Shown in pieces: positions 11,636 through 21,971 of a DNA stretch of 64,000 bases. How positions within the stretch are numbered: the first letter of the stretch is position 1; each line of letters opens with the position of its first letter. The translations under genes were made by a program, and so were the position numbers. The notes under the pieces were generated by a model. It ran no database searches. It was not told the origin of the DNA and saw only the letters and a list, made by a program, of their open reading frames with translations. The DNA is from Harriotta raleighana (lineage: Eukaryota), in assembly GCA_050575255.1 (NCBI GenBank), contig JBNZDD010013723.1, positions 5,706,440-5,770,439 on the forward strand, in the 5' to 3' direction.

Positions 11636-12156
11636 CTGAAGGATACAAAACAAGAGGGAATGTTAATCTCCACATCTAGAAATAACTGCTTTTCATAGTT
11701 CAAAACAAAGGCAGGTTTTAACATTTTGGTTAAAATAGTTTCTGCCTTTTGACTCCCATCGCTCACATCATGTCCAAAATGGAAAAGTGTTTCATTTGTA
11801 GCAACAATAACCCTCACCTTATGGGACACAACATTAGCACAAAATAAAAAGATAAAATATGGGAATACAGTAATATGGAATACATTGGGATTCAAATTCT
11901 ACAAAGTAGCATGCATTAACTGGAGGAATGAGAGGCAAGGACAAGTCTTGTAGATTTTGTACAGCAGGATTATTTGAAACGAGAGAAAGACATAGAGAGG
12001 CCGAGAATTAAAGAGAGACTGACGTATATATACAGACAGTTAGTGAGGTGCAGACATGCAGAATAACGGTAGAAATACAGACTTAACATGCACTGATGAC
12101 AAACACACAAAGATGTACACAGAGACAGTATCTGCATTGTATTTGGTATCAGACTT

Positions 12157-12452
12157 TAATCTTTGCATTTGATATAGCACTTTTTATGTCTTCCAGACAT
12201 CTCAAAACACTTCACAGAATATACTGAAAAGTGAATTGACTGTGTATATATATGAGTGAAAAGCGGCAGCCAATTGCACACAGTAGTGTCCCACAAACAG
12301 TCGTGGATTGAAATGACCAATTTTTTTTTGAAGGATTATTATTGGGCGTGTGAAGTAAGGAAACTTGCCCAAGGTTTCACCCTGTCTGGAATTGAACCCA
12401 GGTCTCTCGCTTATAGGGCAAGTGCTCTAACCACTGAGGTACAGGGCTCCAC
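12157..12452 (-). mobile_element. tRNA/Deu SINE, full-length short form
   Basis: Same head, body and tail as the other copies. Confidence 0.88.
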
Positions 12453-12732
12453 TTTGCCTTTGTCAAGTGCGCCGGGATGCTATCCCGTGCGAAGGCGCTG
12501 TATAAATACAAGTTGTTGTATTTAGTTGGTGCTAATTAGGGCAGTTATCAGGCTAACATACATTCTACAGTATTTAGATTTAACAGGAAACGAATATTGA
12601 CCAATAAAGCTATATAATAAATATTCACCCAGTAGTGATAACCATGGTTGGTGCATTGAAAAAGTATACTTCGGCATTAAAAAATATTAATTACATTTCC
12701 AATGTAATTTCTAGTAGCATATTAATACTCAC

Positions 12733-12824
12733 ATTTCTCTGTAAATCTGCAATATTTCTACTGAGCCTGTTCTGTTCTTCATTGACCAACAGCATCAGTT
12801 CTCTGTCATCTCCGGTCTTCAGAC
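12733..12824 (-). CDS. MTRF1: MTRF1 coding exon 2
   Basis: 92 nt, phase 1 to 0, AG/GT; (S)LKTGDDRELMLLVNEEQNRLSRNIADLQRN. Confidence 0.85.
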
Positions 12825-13098
12825 CTTCAGATCAGAAAGTTGTTTCAGTGAATATGAAAAACAAAAATCTATTGGAAATATTTTTTAAATCCCAAAGTAA
12901 TCAAATAAAATGTTAGTGTATTTGGAATCATTCACGCTTGCCTTTCTGACATCCTGCATCAAAGGCCACCATTATTTCCCCTCCCCGCGCTGCATCCTCC
13001 GGCTCCTGGCGCTCTCATGAGAGGATGTTTACTGGGGAGGGAGTGGGTGCCCTGAACTTGAAAATGTCAGGATGAAATCATCTACCGGGTCGAATAAA

Positions 13099-13817
13099 AT
13101 AATAATAATCCTTGCATTTGATATAGCACCTTATCACATCTTCAAAACGTCTCAAAAGCACTTCACAGAATATACTACAAAGTGAACTGATTGTATATTT
13201 TGAGGGCAAAACATGGCGGCTAATTACGCACAGCAGCATCCCAAAAACAATTGTGGATTAAGTGATCAATTTTGTGGGGGGGGGAGGGGGTGGGGGAGGA
13301 ATCATTACCCATGGAAAACGATCCACCAATTGACTACCAAGTGGGTTCCTTCTTACTGCTAGGTAAACAGATAATAATAATAATAATTCTTGCATTTGAT
13401 ATAGCGCTTTTCACATTTTATCAACTTCCCAAAGCGCTTCACAGAATATACTGTAAAGTGAATTGACTGTATATTTGTGGGCGGAACGCGGCAGCCAATT
13501 GCGCACAGCAGTGTCCCACAAACAGTCATAGATTGAAATGACCAATTTTATTATTGTGGTTTTTTTTGGAGGGATTATTATTAGGCATGTGGAGTAAGGA
13601 AACTTGCCCAAGGTTCCGCCCTGATCTGCCTGGATTCGAACACAGGTCTCATGCTTGTAAGGCATGTAAGGCAAGTGCTCTAACCACTGAGCCACAGGAG
13701 CTCCGTGTGGAGATGCGTGTGGAGTAAGGAAATTTGCAGGTCTCCCCCTTGTTGGGAATCAAACCCAAGACTCTCATTTCCAAGGTGAGTGCTCTAACCA
13801 TTGAGCTAAAGGACACC
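13099..13817 (-). mobile_element. Long-form SINE interrupted by a younger SINE
   Basis: Tail and body at 13099-13370 and head at 13705-13817 join into one long-form element. Confidence 0.8.
13371..13704 (-). mobile_element. Young full-length SINE nested in an older SINE
   Basis: Intact A box TGGCTCAGTGG and B box GTTCGAATCC; diagnostic tgtaaggca duplication. Confidence 0.92.
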
Positions 13818-13940
13818 TGGGTGCGGCCCACCTGTTGAACCACTCTGCTGTACATCATTAAGTGGCAAACTGACATGCCCACCATTTAATCAAGCCAAAT
13901 AATTTTTCAAAGAAAAATGCAGAAGTAAATCTTTGATTAC

Positions 13941-14364
13941 TGTTGTGCATTGATTCCAACTCCAGAAAATCTTTTTCTGCCAGGTCCATCTCCTCCAACA
14001 ATGCAGCAAGTGGAGCCAGCTCAACATGACGCCCAGTTAATGCTTTGCGATCTTCCTCACATAAAGAAGCACAATTTAATTGTTTGCAAGCTTCTTTGTA
14101 TTCTTCTTTCAGTCCCTTTATGTATCTCTTTACAGCATCTTGCTGAAACAGCTCACGAGAATAACTGTGACAGTGTCTCTTTGACTGCTGTTTATCTATC
14201 ATTTTTCGCTCATTGGTACTGATGTAGGAGAAACAAAGCCTGGCACTTTGTTTGTATATCGCCACACTTGGCCTCAGCTTCTGAGATACTTCATGAAATC
14301 TTCCCAAATCCTTTCGTCTCCAGATTAGTTTTCCAATTAACCAACTGCATCTGTATTTCATCAT
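13941..14364 (-). CDS. MTRF1: MTRF1 coding exon 1 (mitochondrial targeting peptide plus N-terminal domain)
   Basis: Acceptor gives exon start 14382, ATG at 14364, donor A|gtaatc at 13941. Basic N-terminus MMKYRCSWLIGKLIWRRK; 424 nt, phase 1 fits the next exon; spliced CDS is 1356 nt and open. Confidence 0.85.
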
Positions 14365-14707
14365 ATGAGCAGTTTTCAAAACCTAGAGCAGTAAAAAAAA
14401 TCAAGGGAATGGTAAGAGATGTTTAGATTAATCATAGCTAAACACAGGGGATAGAAATGATAGGAGCCATCACATTCTCTATATAAACGTTTGAAATGTC
14501 AAATATTACTTTTGTCATTGAAACTCCATTCTGTGATGGGAGAAAAATGTGAAAGGACCCAAGACGCAATTCGAAAGGGAGCTGCTACAAATATCATGGC
14601 CAACAATTGTCCAGTTAATTGTTAATTTACTTGTGATTGCTTAGGAAATATTGCTGTGTGGAAATTGGCTGCCCCATTCATCTACGAATAAACAGTCATA
14701 TCACTGA

Positions 14708-14884
14708 ATAATAATAATAAATCTTTGCATTTGATTATAGCGCTTTTCACGTCCTTTAGACATCTTAAAGCGCTTCACAGAATATACTGTAAAGTAAATT
14801 GACTGCAGCCAATTGCGCACTGTATTCTCATACAAACAGGCGTGGATTGAAATGACCAATTTTTTTGGGGGGGAGGAATTACCC
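14708..14884 (-). mobile_element. SINE 3' fragment
   Basis: Tail and Deu-like part of the dominant SINE. Confidence 0.8.
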
Positions 14885-15019
14885 TATGTGTGTCTCTCTT
14901 TCTCTTGCCAGACCCTTGTATCTCCTTGTACATCTCTCTTTCTCTCTCTCTCCCCATACCCTGGTTGTGCGTGTTTATCTGTATATCTCCATTTTTCTAG
15001 ACACTGTATATGTCTTTCT

Positions 15020-15327
15020 GGACCCTGTGTGTGTGTGTATCTGTCTATGTATACAGATCCTGTGTGTACCTCTCTGTACGTAGACCCTGTGTGTGTCTCT
15101 CAATATATAATGTAGATATGTATATATATCTACACAGAACCCGTATGTGTGCCTCTCTCCAATAGATATAGACCCTGTGTATGTCTCTACATATTGTACA
15201 CAGACCCTGTGTGAGTCTTTCTCTATATATACAGACCCTGTGTGTGTCTCTATAAACAGACACTGTGCGAGTCTCTCAATATATACAGACCCTGTGTGTG
15301 TCGCTATATAAACCCTGTGTGTGTGTG

Positions 15328-15359
<32 letters not shown>

Positions 15360-15897
15360 CATATAGACACCCTGTGTGTGTCTCTATATACAGACCCTGT
15401 GTGTGTGTCTCTATATACAGACCCTGTGTGTGTGTCTCTATATATATATAGTGTGTGTGTCTCTATATATACAGACCCTGTGTGTGTGTCTCTATATACA
15501 GACCCTGTGTGTGTGTCTCTATATACAGACCCTGTGTGTGTGTCTCTATATATACAGACACTGTGTGTGTGTCTCTCTATATATACAGACCCTGTGTGTG
15601 TCTCTATATACAGACCCTGTGTGTGTGTCTCTATATACAGACCCTGTGTGTGTGTCTCTATATATATATAGTGTGTGTGTCTCTATATATACAGACCCTG
15701 TGTGTGTGTCTCTATATACAGACCCTGTGTGTGTGTCTCTATATACAGACCCTGTGTGTGTGTCTCTATATATATATAGTGTGTGTGTCTCTATATATAC
15801 AGACCCTGTGTGTGTCTCTATATACAGACCCTGTGTGTGTGTCTCTATATACAGACCCTGTGTGTGTGTCTCTATATATACAGACTCTGTGTGTGTG

Positions 15898-15933
<36 letters not shown>

Positions 15934-15955
15934 CACAGACCCTGTGTGTGTATGT
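15020..15955. repeat. Minisatellite, ~25-30 bp unit (tatacagaccctgtgtgtgtgtctcta)n, in MTRF1 intron 1
   Basis: Directly visible tandem array; it generates the spurious CVCLYI ORFs. Confidence 0.97.
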
Positions 15956-15972
15956 ATATTCCCAGCACTTAC

Positions 15973-16080
15973 CCAGACGCTTTACTGCGCAGAATCAGTA
16001 GCCGCGGTGTGCTCTGGGACGGAACAGCCAGTGACATCATCGGGAAGGTGTAGCCATGGCAACATCGGGGAGGGGCGGCC
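15973..16080 (-). promoter_or_regulatory. MTRF1: Probable MTRF1 non-coding exon 1 and core promoter
   Basis: Minus-strand donor CTGG|GTAAGTG at 15973; CpG-rich unique island; TGACATCA (16032-16039), X-box GTTGCCATGGCTAC (16050-16063), GC box ggggaggggcgg (16067-16078). Confidence 0.65.
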
Positions 16081-17072
16081 TGGCACTGAGGGGGGGGGAG
16101 CCTGGCACTGGGTGGGGGGGGGGGGAGCCTGGCACNNNNNNNNNNNNNNNNNNNNNNNNNNNNNNNNNNNNNNNNNNNNNNNNNNNNNNNNNNNNNNNNN
16201 NNNNNNNNNNNNNNNNNNNNNNNNNNNNNNNNNNNNNNNNNNNNNNNNNNNNNNNNNNNNNNNNNNNNNNNNNNNNNNNNNNNNNNNNNNNNNNNNNNNN
16301 NNNNNNNNNNNNNNNNNNNNNNNNNNNNNNNNNNNNNNNNNNNNNNNNNNNNNNNNNNNNNNNNNNNNNNNNNNNNNNNNNNNNNNNNNNNNNNNNNNNN
16401 NNNNNNNNNNNNNNNNNNNNNNNNNNNNNNNNNNNNNNNNNNNNNNNNNNNNNNNNNNNNNNNNNNNNNNNNNNNNNNNNNNNNNNNNNNNNNNNNNNNN
16501 NNNNNNNNNNNNNNNNNNNNNNNNNNNNNNNNNNNNNNNNNNNNNNNNNNNNNNNNNNNNNNNNNNNNNNNNNNNNNNNNNNNNNNNNNNNNNNNNNNNN
16601 NNNNNNNNNNNNNNNNNNNNNNNNNNNNNNNNNNNNNNNNNNNNNNNNNNNNNNNNNNNNNNNNNNNNNNNNNNNNNNNNNNNNNNNNNNNNNNNNNNNN
16701 NNNNNNNNNNNNNNNNNNNNNNNNNNNNNNNNNNNGGGGGGCAGGGGGAGCCTGGCACTGGGTGGGGGGGGGGGAGCCTGGCACTGGGTGGGGGGGAGGG
16801 GGGGAGCCTGGCACTGGGCGGGGGGCAGTGGGAGCCTGGCACTGGGCGGGGGGCAGGGGGAGCCTGGCACTGGGTGGGGGGTTGGGGGAGCCTGGCACTG
16901 GGCGGGGGGTTGGGGGAGCCTGGCACTGGGTGGTGGGGAGGGGGAGCCTAGCATTGGGTGATGGGGAGGGGGTGCCTGGAACTGGGCGGGTGGGAGGGGG
17001 AGCCTGGCACTAGGCGGGGGAGGGAAGGGGGAGCCTGTAACTGGCTCTAGGGAGGGAGGAGGCTGGCACTGG
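16077..17072. repeat. G-rich minisatellite, ~27-30 bp unit (ggggagcctggcactggg[t/c]ggggg)n, spanning an assembly gap
   Basis: Same unit on both sides of the N run. Confidence 0.95.
16136..16735. other. Assembly gap (600 N)
   Basis: N run. Confidence 1.
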
Positions 17073-17099
17073 GCTTGACTTTTGGGTCGTGAAGAGTGT

Positions 17100-17785
17100 A
17101 GGGAGAGCACTTGTTTGTAAGTAAGTGTGAAGGTCTTGATATTGATGCGTTCAACACTAGGTAACCAGTGAAGCCTGACATCGACTGGGGTTGATGATAA
17201 TAATAATCCTTGCATTTGATATAGCGCTTTATCACGTCTTCGAATCATCTCACAGCACTTCACAGAATATACCATGAAGTGAATGGACTGTATTTTGTGG
17301 GCGAAACGCCAATTGCACACAGTAGTGTCCCACAAACGGTCATGGATTGAATGTCCAAATTATTTTTTTGAAGCGATTATTACCCTTGGAAAAGTGATCC
17401 TCCAATCGACTAAAAAACGGGTTTGTACTTACTGCTAGGTAAATAGAGACGTGGAGTAAGGAAACTTGCCCAATATTTTGCCCTGCTCGGAAATCAAACC
17501 CAGGTCTTCTCGTTTGTGAGTCAAGTGCTCTAACCACTAAACTACAAGACTCCACGATGGGGAGCAGAGTTTGCTAGCAGCAAGAATGCAGCCTGCAGAT
17601 TTTGGGATTAGTTGGATTTTGTCGAAAGTGGATCTGGGGAAATTGGTAAGGAGTGCATTGGAAAAACCATGCGTTGAGGTGAGAAAATGTGTGAATGTAG
17701 GTTTCAGTTGCATTGGATGTGAGGTAAGGATAGGCATGGGGTATATAGAGGAGGTGGACGAAAGTGCTCCTGGTCAGCATTAATG
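17100..17785 (-). mobile_element. L2 LINE ORF2 C-terminal fragment, interrupted by a long-form SINE at 17197-17555
   Basis: Both flanks give L2-like ...KIQLIPKSAGCIL... and ...LHWLPSVERINIKTFTLTYK. Confidence 0.7.
17197..17555 (-). mobile_element. tRNA/Deu SINE, long form
   Basis: Contains the extra ~70 bp segment (ttacccttggaaaagtgatcctccaatcgact...cttactgctaggtaaatagag). Confidence 0.88.
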
Positions 17786-17940
17786 GAATGATTTTAATAC
17801 AGCTTCACTGAGACTTACTTGAAGAAACTCATCGTTTACTCATTGGAACAATGTTTCTCCAAAAACCAAATAATTGTCTAATCAACCAAACTCTAATCCA
17901 ATCTTTTAAAATCACTGCTTTGATTTTTATCTTCTATCTT

Positions 17941-18232
17941 GTGGAGTCCTATAGCTCAGTGATTACAGGACTCACCTTGCAAGCAAGAGAACTGAGTTTG
18001 ATTGAGGCAGGGCAAAACCTTGGGCAAGTTTCCTTACTCCACAAGCCTGATAATAATCCCTCAAAAAATAATAAATTCATCATTTAAATCCATGACTGTT
18101 CGTGGGACAATACATGGCTGCTGTATTTAGCCCACAAAAACAATCAATTAAATTTACAGTATATTCTGTGAAACATTTTGAGATGTCCAGAAAGCATGAA
18201 AAATGCGACTATATCAAATGCAAGGATTATTA
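17941..18232 (+). mobile_element. tRNA/Deu SINE, short form
   Basis: gtggagtcctatagctcagtg...tatatcaaatgcaaggattatta. Confidence 0.85.
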
Positions 18233-20347
18233 GTAAGGTGAACGATCACAATGTCAAGTTGTACAACCCCCACCAGGTGGCGATGTTCATAACAGTTATT
18301 TTGTGTCTCAACAAAATGTTGTAAAACTAGAATTATTAAATTTGAAACTCTCACACTTGCCCACTAAAGTTTTGGGAAAGATTGCGTTAAGACAATCAGA
18401 CAGTATTGATGATTCCATCTGGAAAAATCTCCTCACGGTAGACAGAATTCCACTCATTTTTGACATGTTATTTGTATAAAAAATTGAACAGCTTTTGGAG
18501 ATTGCTTTGCCATGTTCCATTGCTAGTTCCAGGAAATCAAAACTGGGTGGATCNAAGTTTGGAACAGCTTTTGGAGATTGCTTTGCCATGTTCCATTGCT
18601 AGTTCCAGGAAATCAAAACTGGGTGGATCAGGGCAATAACTGAAAAAGCAACCTTAAACACCAACATCGCATCATATGATTCTAATGGTTGTGGAGTCCT
18701 GTAGCTTACTGATGAGAGCACTCATACATATGTGTGCCAAGTACAGTAATAAAAACAATAATAACCTTGCATTTGTTAGAGCGCCTATCACATCTTTAAG
18801 ATATCTGAAAGCTAGGTAAACAGAAGCATGTGGAGTGAAGGAAACTTCAGATTTCAACTGATTTGGGAATCAAACCTGGGTCGCTTGAGATCAAGTATTG
18901 TAGATGAATTAAGTGTTAGAAATAGAGGTCAAGGATTGGCAGGTGCGAATGAATGACATTCCAAACAAAAGTAAACTCCATTTATTGATTGTACCAAAAA
19001 TTAAATTGAATCATTAGCTGGAGATCATGTTATATAAAGTACCAGAAATCCCAAATTTTGTTAGAAAAGCACAACATGTCCATCATCACTTGAAAGAAAG
19101 AGGTTTATGTTTCGATTGTGATCGTTCACCTAAATTACTCGACGGTTTCACACCCAAAATGTAAACCCATCTTTCTCTTTCAGTTGCTGATAAACTTGGT
19201 TTGAATTTCCAGGATTTTATGTTGTTATTCAGTCAATGAGTATTACACACTTGAGATAAAGGAACAGTTCTTTCAAATATCTGGACGCTATCTATCTCCC
19301 TTACATGATATAATACCCTAGTTGAAACAGTTTTCACTGCACCAAGCAGACTTCCTTTATTTTATTGCTCATGTCTCCTGACAGACACACTTCTACCAAC
19401 TAGCTTCAACCCATATTTTTAATTTCCTGTGGTTAACCGTACTAACACCTACTCAATTTTGAACATTATATTCCTTATAATAAACACTAGCGGAAAAGAA
19501 TATTTAAAAGATCTGTCAAAGTGCAGTTTTACATCAATGTGCTCACATTCGATGGCCAAATTGCTATAATATTCAACCACAACAAGCTTCTCATGCCAGT
19601 AACCTTGAGAAGCAAATTCATGCTGAAAGTCGTGAATACTAAGTTTCATTTTGAGAGGTCTTTGCCAAATAAGAAATATTAGATACAGAAGTGGCAACAC
19701 TTTGGGAAGGGAAGGAAAGTCATCCGAGACTACAGCAAAATAATAATATTAGTAATAATAATCCTTGCATAGCTTGTTAAGCTCATGTAATTAATGCTTT
19801 TTAGGTCTCGTCACTGCAATAACAGCGACTGGTTGTGAACAGTCAGTTAATTCATATTAAGTTAGTTAGTTAGTACTATTTATATAAATATTACATTTAG
19901 TTTAGACATGTTACAAATTATATATAGTTATGTATCATGCATCTGCAGTCAGATGCTCGATTTACGTTGATGGCTCTTAAAAAGCACGAGCACAGTCCCC
20001 TCGGGCCATTTCGATTTCTACGGTTTGCAAAATTAAAAGTGTTGAACTTGAGGAAACTTTCTCATTTTTTCTATACATTTTAAAAAGCAAATGTGTGTTT
20101 TCTTCCAGCAAGTGCAGTTAAAGGCTGGCTTAAAGGTTGAACAGATTGGGGTGGTGGGAGGGGGATGTGTGGGGCTGGGGTATGTGAGCATCTATTTTCT
20201 AAAATGCAATTTATATGTGTGGGGTATGTGTTTGGGGAGGGGTGGGCTGGGCTAGCTGTCCTGGGTTGGTTGGGTGGTGGTGGGGGGGGCTGCACTACAG
20301 TGAGATCACTGAGGAGCAGAAGGGAGGGAGGGTGAGAGAAACTCACT

Positions 20348-20356
20348 GATATAAGA
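20348..20356 (+). promoter_or_regulatory. RGCC: Candidate TATA box of RGCC
   Basis: gaTATAAGa ~160 bp upstream of the ATG, preceded by G-rich GT/GC-box tracts (20145-20290). Confidence 0.5.
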
Positions 20357-20509
20357 GCTGGAGGCGGAGCAGAGTCTGCAAACTTCATTGCATTGAAAGC
20401 CAAGCTCCTGCTGGCTCTTGCAACACTGAGCAGTTATTTCTTTAGCTTTTACCCTCTCCCCTCCCAGGATCACAGTTATCTGCTGTATTTCCCCCGGCTG
20501 GATACTGAG

Positions 20510-20543
20510 ATGAAATCCCCAAAGGTTAAAAATCCGACTCGAG
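20510..20543 (+). CDS. RGCC: Regulator of cell cycle RGCC (RGC-32), coding exon 1
   Basis: MKSPKVKNPTR then G|gtgagt donor; phase 1 fits exon 2. Confidence 0.8.
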
Positions 20544-20697
20544 GTGAGTACAGTACTGTTGTTCAAACCTTTGTCATTGTCAGTGTAACTGAGGGAAGGG
20601 GAGGGAGGGTTGGTCTACTTTGCTTTTCTAATCTGAATAAATGTAACATTGCTCGCCCTCTGCCCATCACTATTGAATCCCAATTCTTTGCAAGCTG

Positions 20698-21019
20698 GTG
20701 GAGTCCTTGTTGCTCATTGCTTGGAGCAACTCGCCTTACAAGCGAGTAGACCTGGGTTCAATTCCAGGCAGGGTGAAACCTTGGGCAAGTTTCCTTACTC
20801 GGCACACGCCTGATAATAATCCCTAGAGAGTGAGAGAGGGAAAGATTAATTGGTCATTTCAATCCACCACTGTTCGCAGGTCACTGCTGTGCGCAATTGG
20901 CTGCCGCGTTTCGCCACGTGTATACAGTCAATTCACTTTACAGTATATTCTATCAAGCACTTCGGGACGTCTAGAAGATATGAAAAGGTCTATGTCAATT
21001 GCAAGGATTATTATTATTA
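20698..21019 (+). mobile_element. tRNA/Deu SINE, short form, in RGCC intron 1
   Basis: Full head, body and tail. Confidence 0.88.
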
Positions 21020-21211
21020 CTAAACTGAGCAGCCTAGAGTGAATGAATGCACTGTGACACCAGAGTAGATGCTCTCAACATTATAGGGTGTGTGTGTCCT
21101 CCCCACTAGCACCTCGCGTGGGCTGGCTGAGCTGCTCGGTGACTTGTTATTACAGACTCGCTGGTCTGACAACAAAGCCAACTAAGTGTTCTCTTGTTCT
21201 TCTTGTTCCAG

Positions 21212-21382
21212 TACGAAACGAAGATGTCGACCTGAGTGCGGTCCTGGGTGAGTTTGATGCGGTGATGGAGGATTTCAGTTCCCCGCTAAACAAGCGGCAT
21301 TTCAGATACGATGAACACCTGAGATGTATGAAAAGGAGAAGCAGCACCAGCATCAGTGACAGCAGTTTTAGCGACTCAGAGA
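21212..21382 (+). CDS. RGCC: RGCC coding exon 2
   Basis: 171 nt, AG/GT; (V)[56 protein letters not shown]. Confidence 0.95.
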
Positions 21383-21664
21383 GTAAGTATTACTCACTGA
21401 GGGGAGGCCCCCACCACCCCCTTGACTCACCCCCACAGTGTGTAGTTGCCAGATTTCTTCTCTCTGATGATCGCTGACAATTGTACTGCATTGAAAGATA
21501 ATGGTTAGAAACTATTCTTTTATCTCTTTTGCAAAGTACACACTTGTCTGTGTCTGGGCTGGGGTAGGCTTGTTTTGTTTTCATACTTTTCCTCCCCACT
21601 AGCTCCTGTGGTAAACATTATATAGTACAGTATTACACTATATACAGTGAAGCACTTTGAGACA

Positions 21665-21778
21665 TAATAGTAATAATAATAATTCCTTGCATTTGATGTA
21701 GCGTTTTTCACATCTTCTAGACATCTCAAAGCACTTCACAGAATATACTGTAAAGTGTATTGACTGTATATTTGTGCG
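21665..21778 (-). mobile_element. SINE 3' fragment in RGCC intron 2
   Basis: Tail region of the dominant SINE. Confidence 0.8.
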
Positions 21779-21890
21779 ACATCTCGACAATGTGCGACAG
21801 TGCTACATCAAATTTAAGGATTTTTAAAAAAAGCATGAACATCTCTGCGGTTTCAGTGATCAGTTCTTGTCCTTTTAACTTTCAAATCAG

Positions 21891-21971
21891 GTGCCGATTC
21901 GCCTCAGAGGAATAGTTTCAGCTTCAGCGACGAAAAGCTTAACAGTTCTTCAGCAGTTGTGTCTCCTAAAG
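21891..21971 (+). CDS. RGCC: RGCC coding exon 3
   Basis: 81 nt, AG/GT; (S)ADSPQRNSFSFSDEKLNSSSAVVSPK. Confidence 0.95.

Noticed and set aside
13620-13704. tRNA-like sequence with A and B boxes (also 9180-9259, 43889-43960)
   Set aside because: SINE heads: no proper acceptor stem or cloverleaf, and they continue into the SINE body
15020-15955. CRISPR-like regular repeats
   Set aside because: No unique spacers and no cas genes; eukaryotic minisatellite
15242-17335. Long ORFs (up to 498 aa) rich in CVCLYI or G/P
   Set aside because: Translations of two minisatellites and an N gap
18300-19700. Possible NAA16 remnant exons or the 93-aa ORF at 18308-18589
   Set aside because: No recognisable similarity or convincing splice-bounded exon; the ORF spans an N-join duplication
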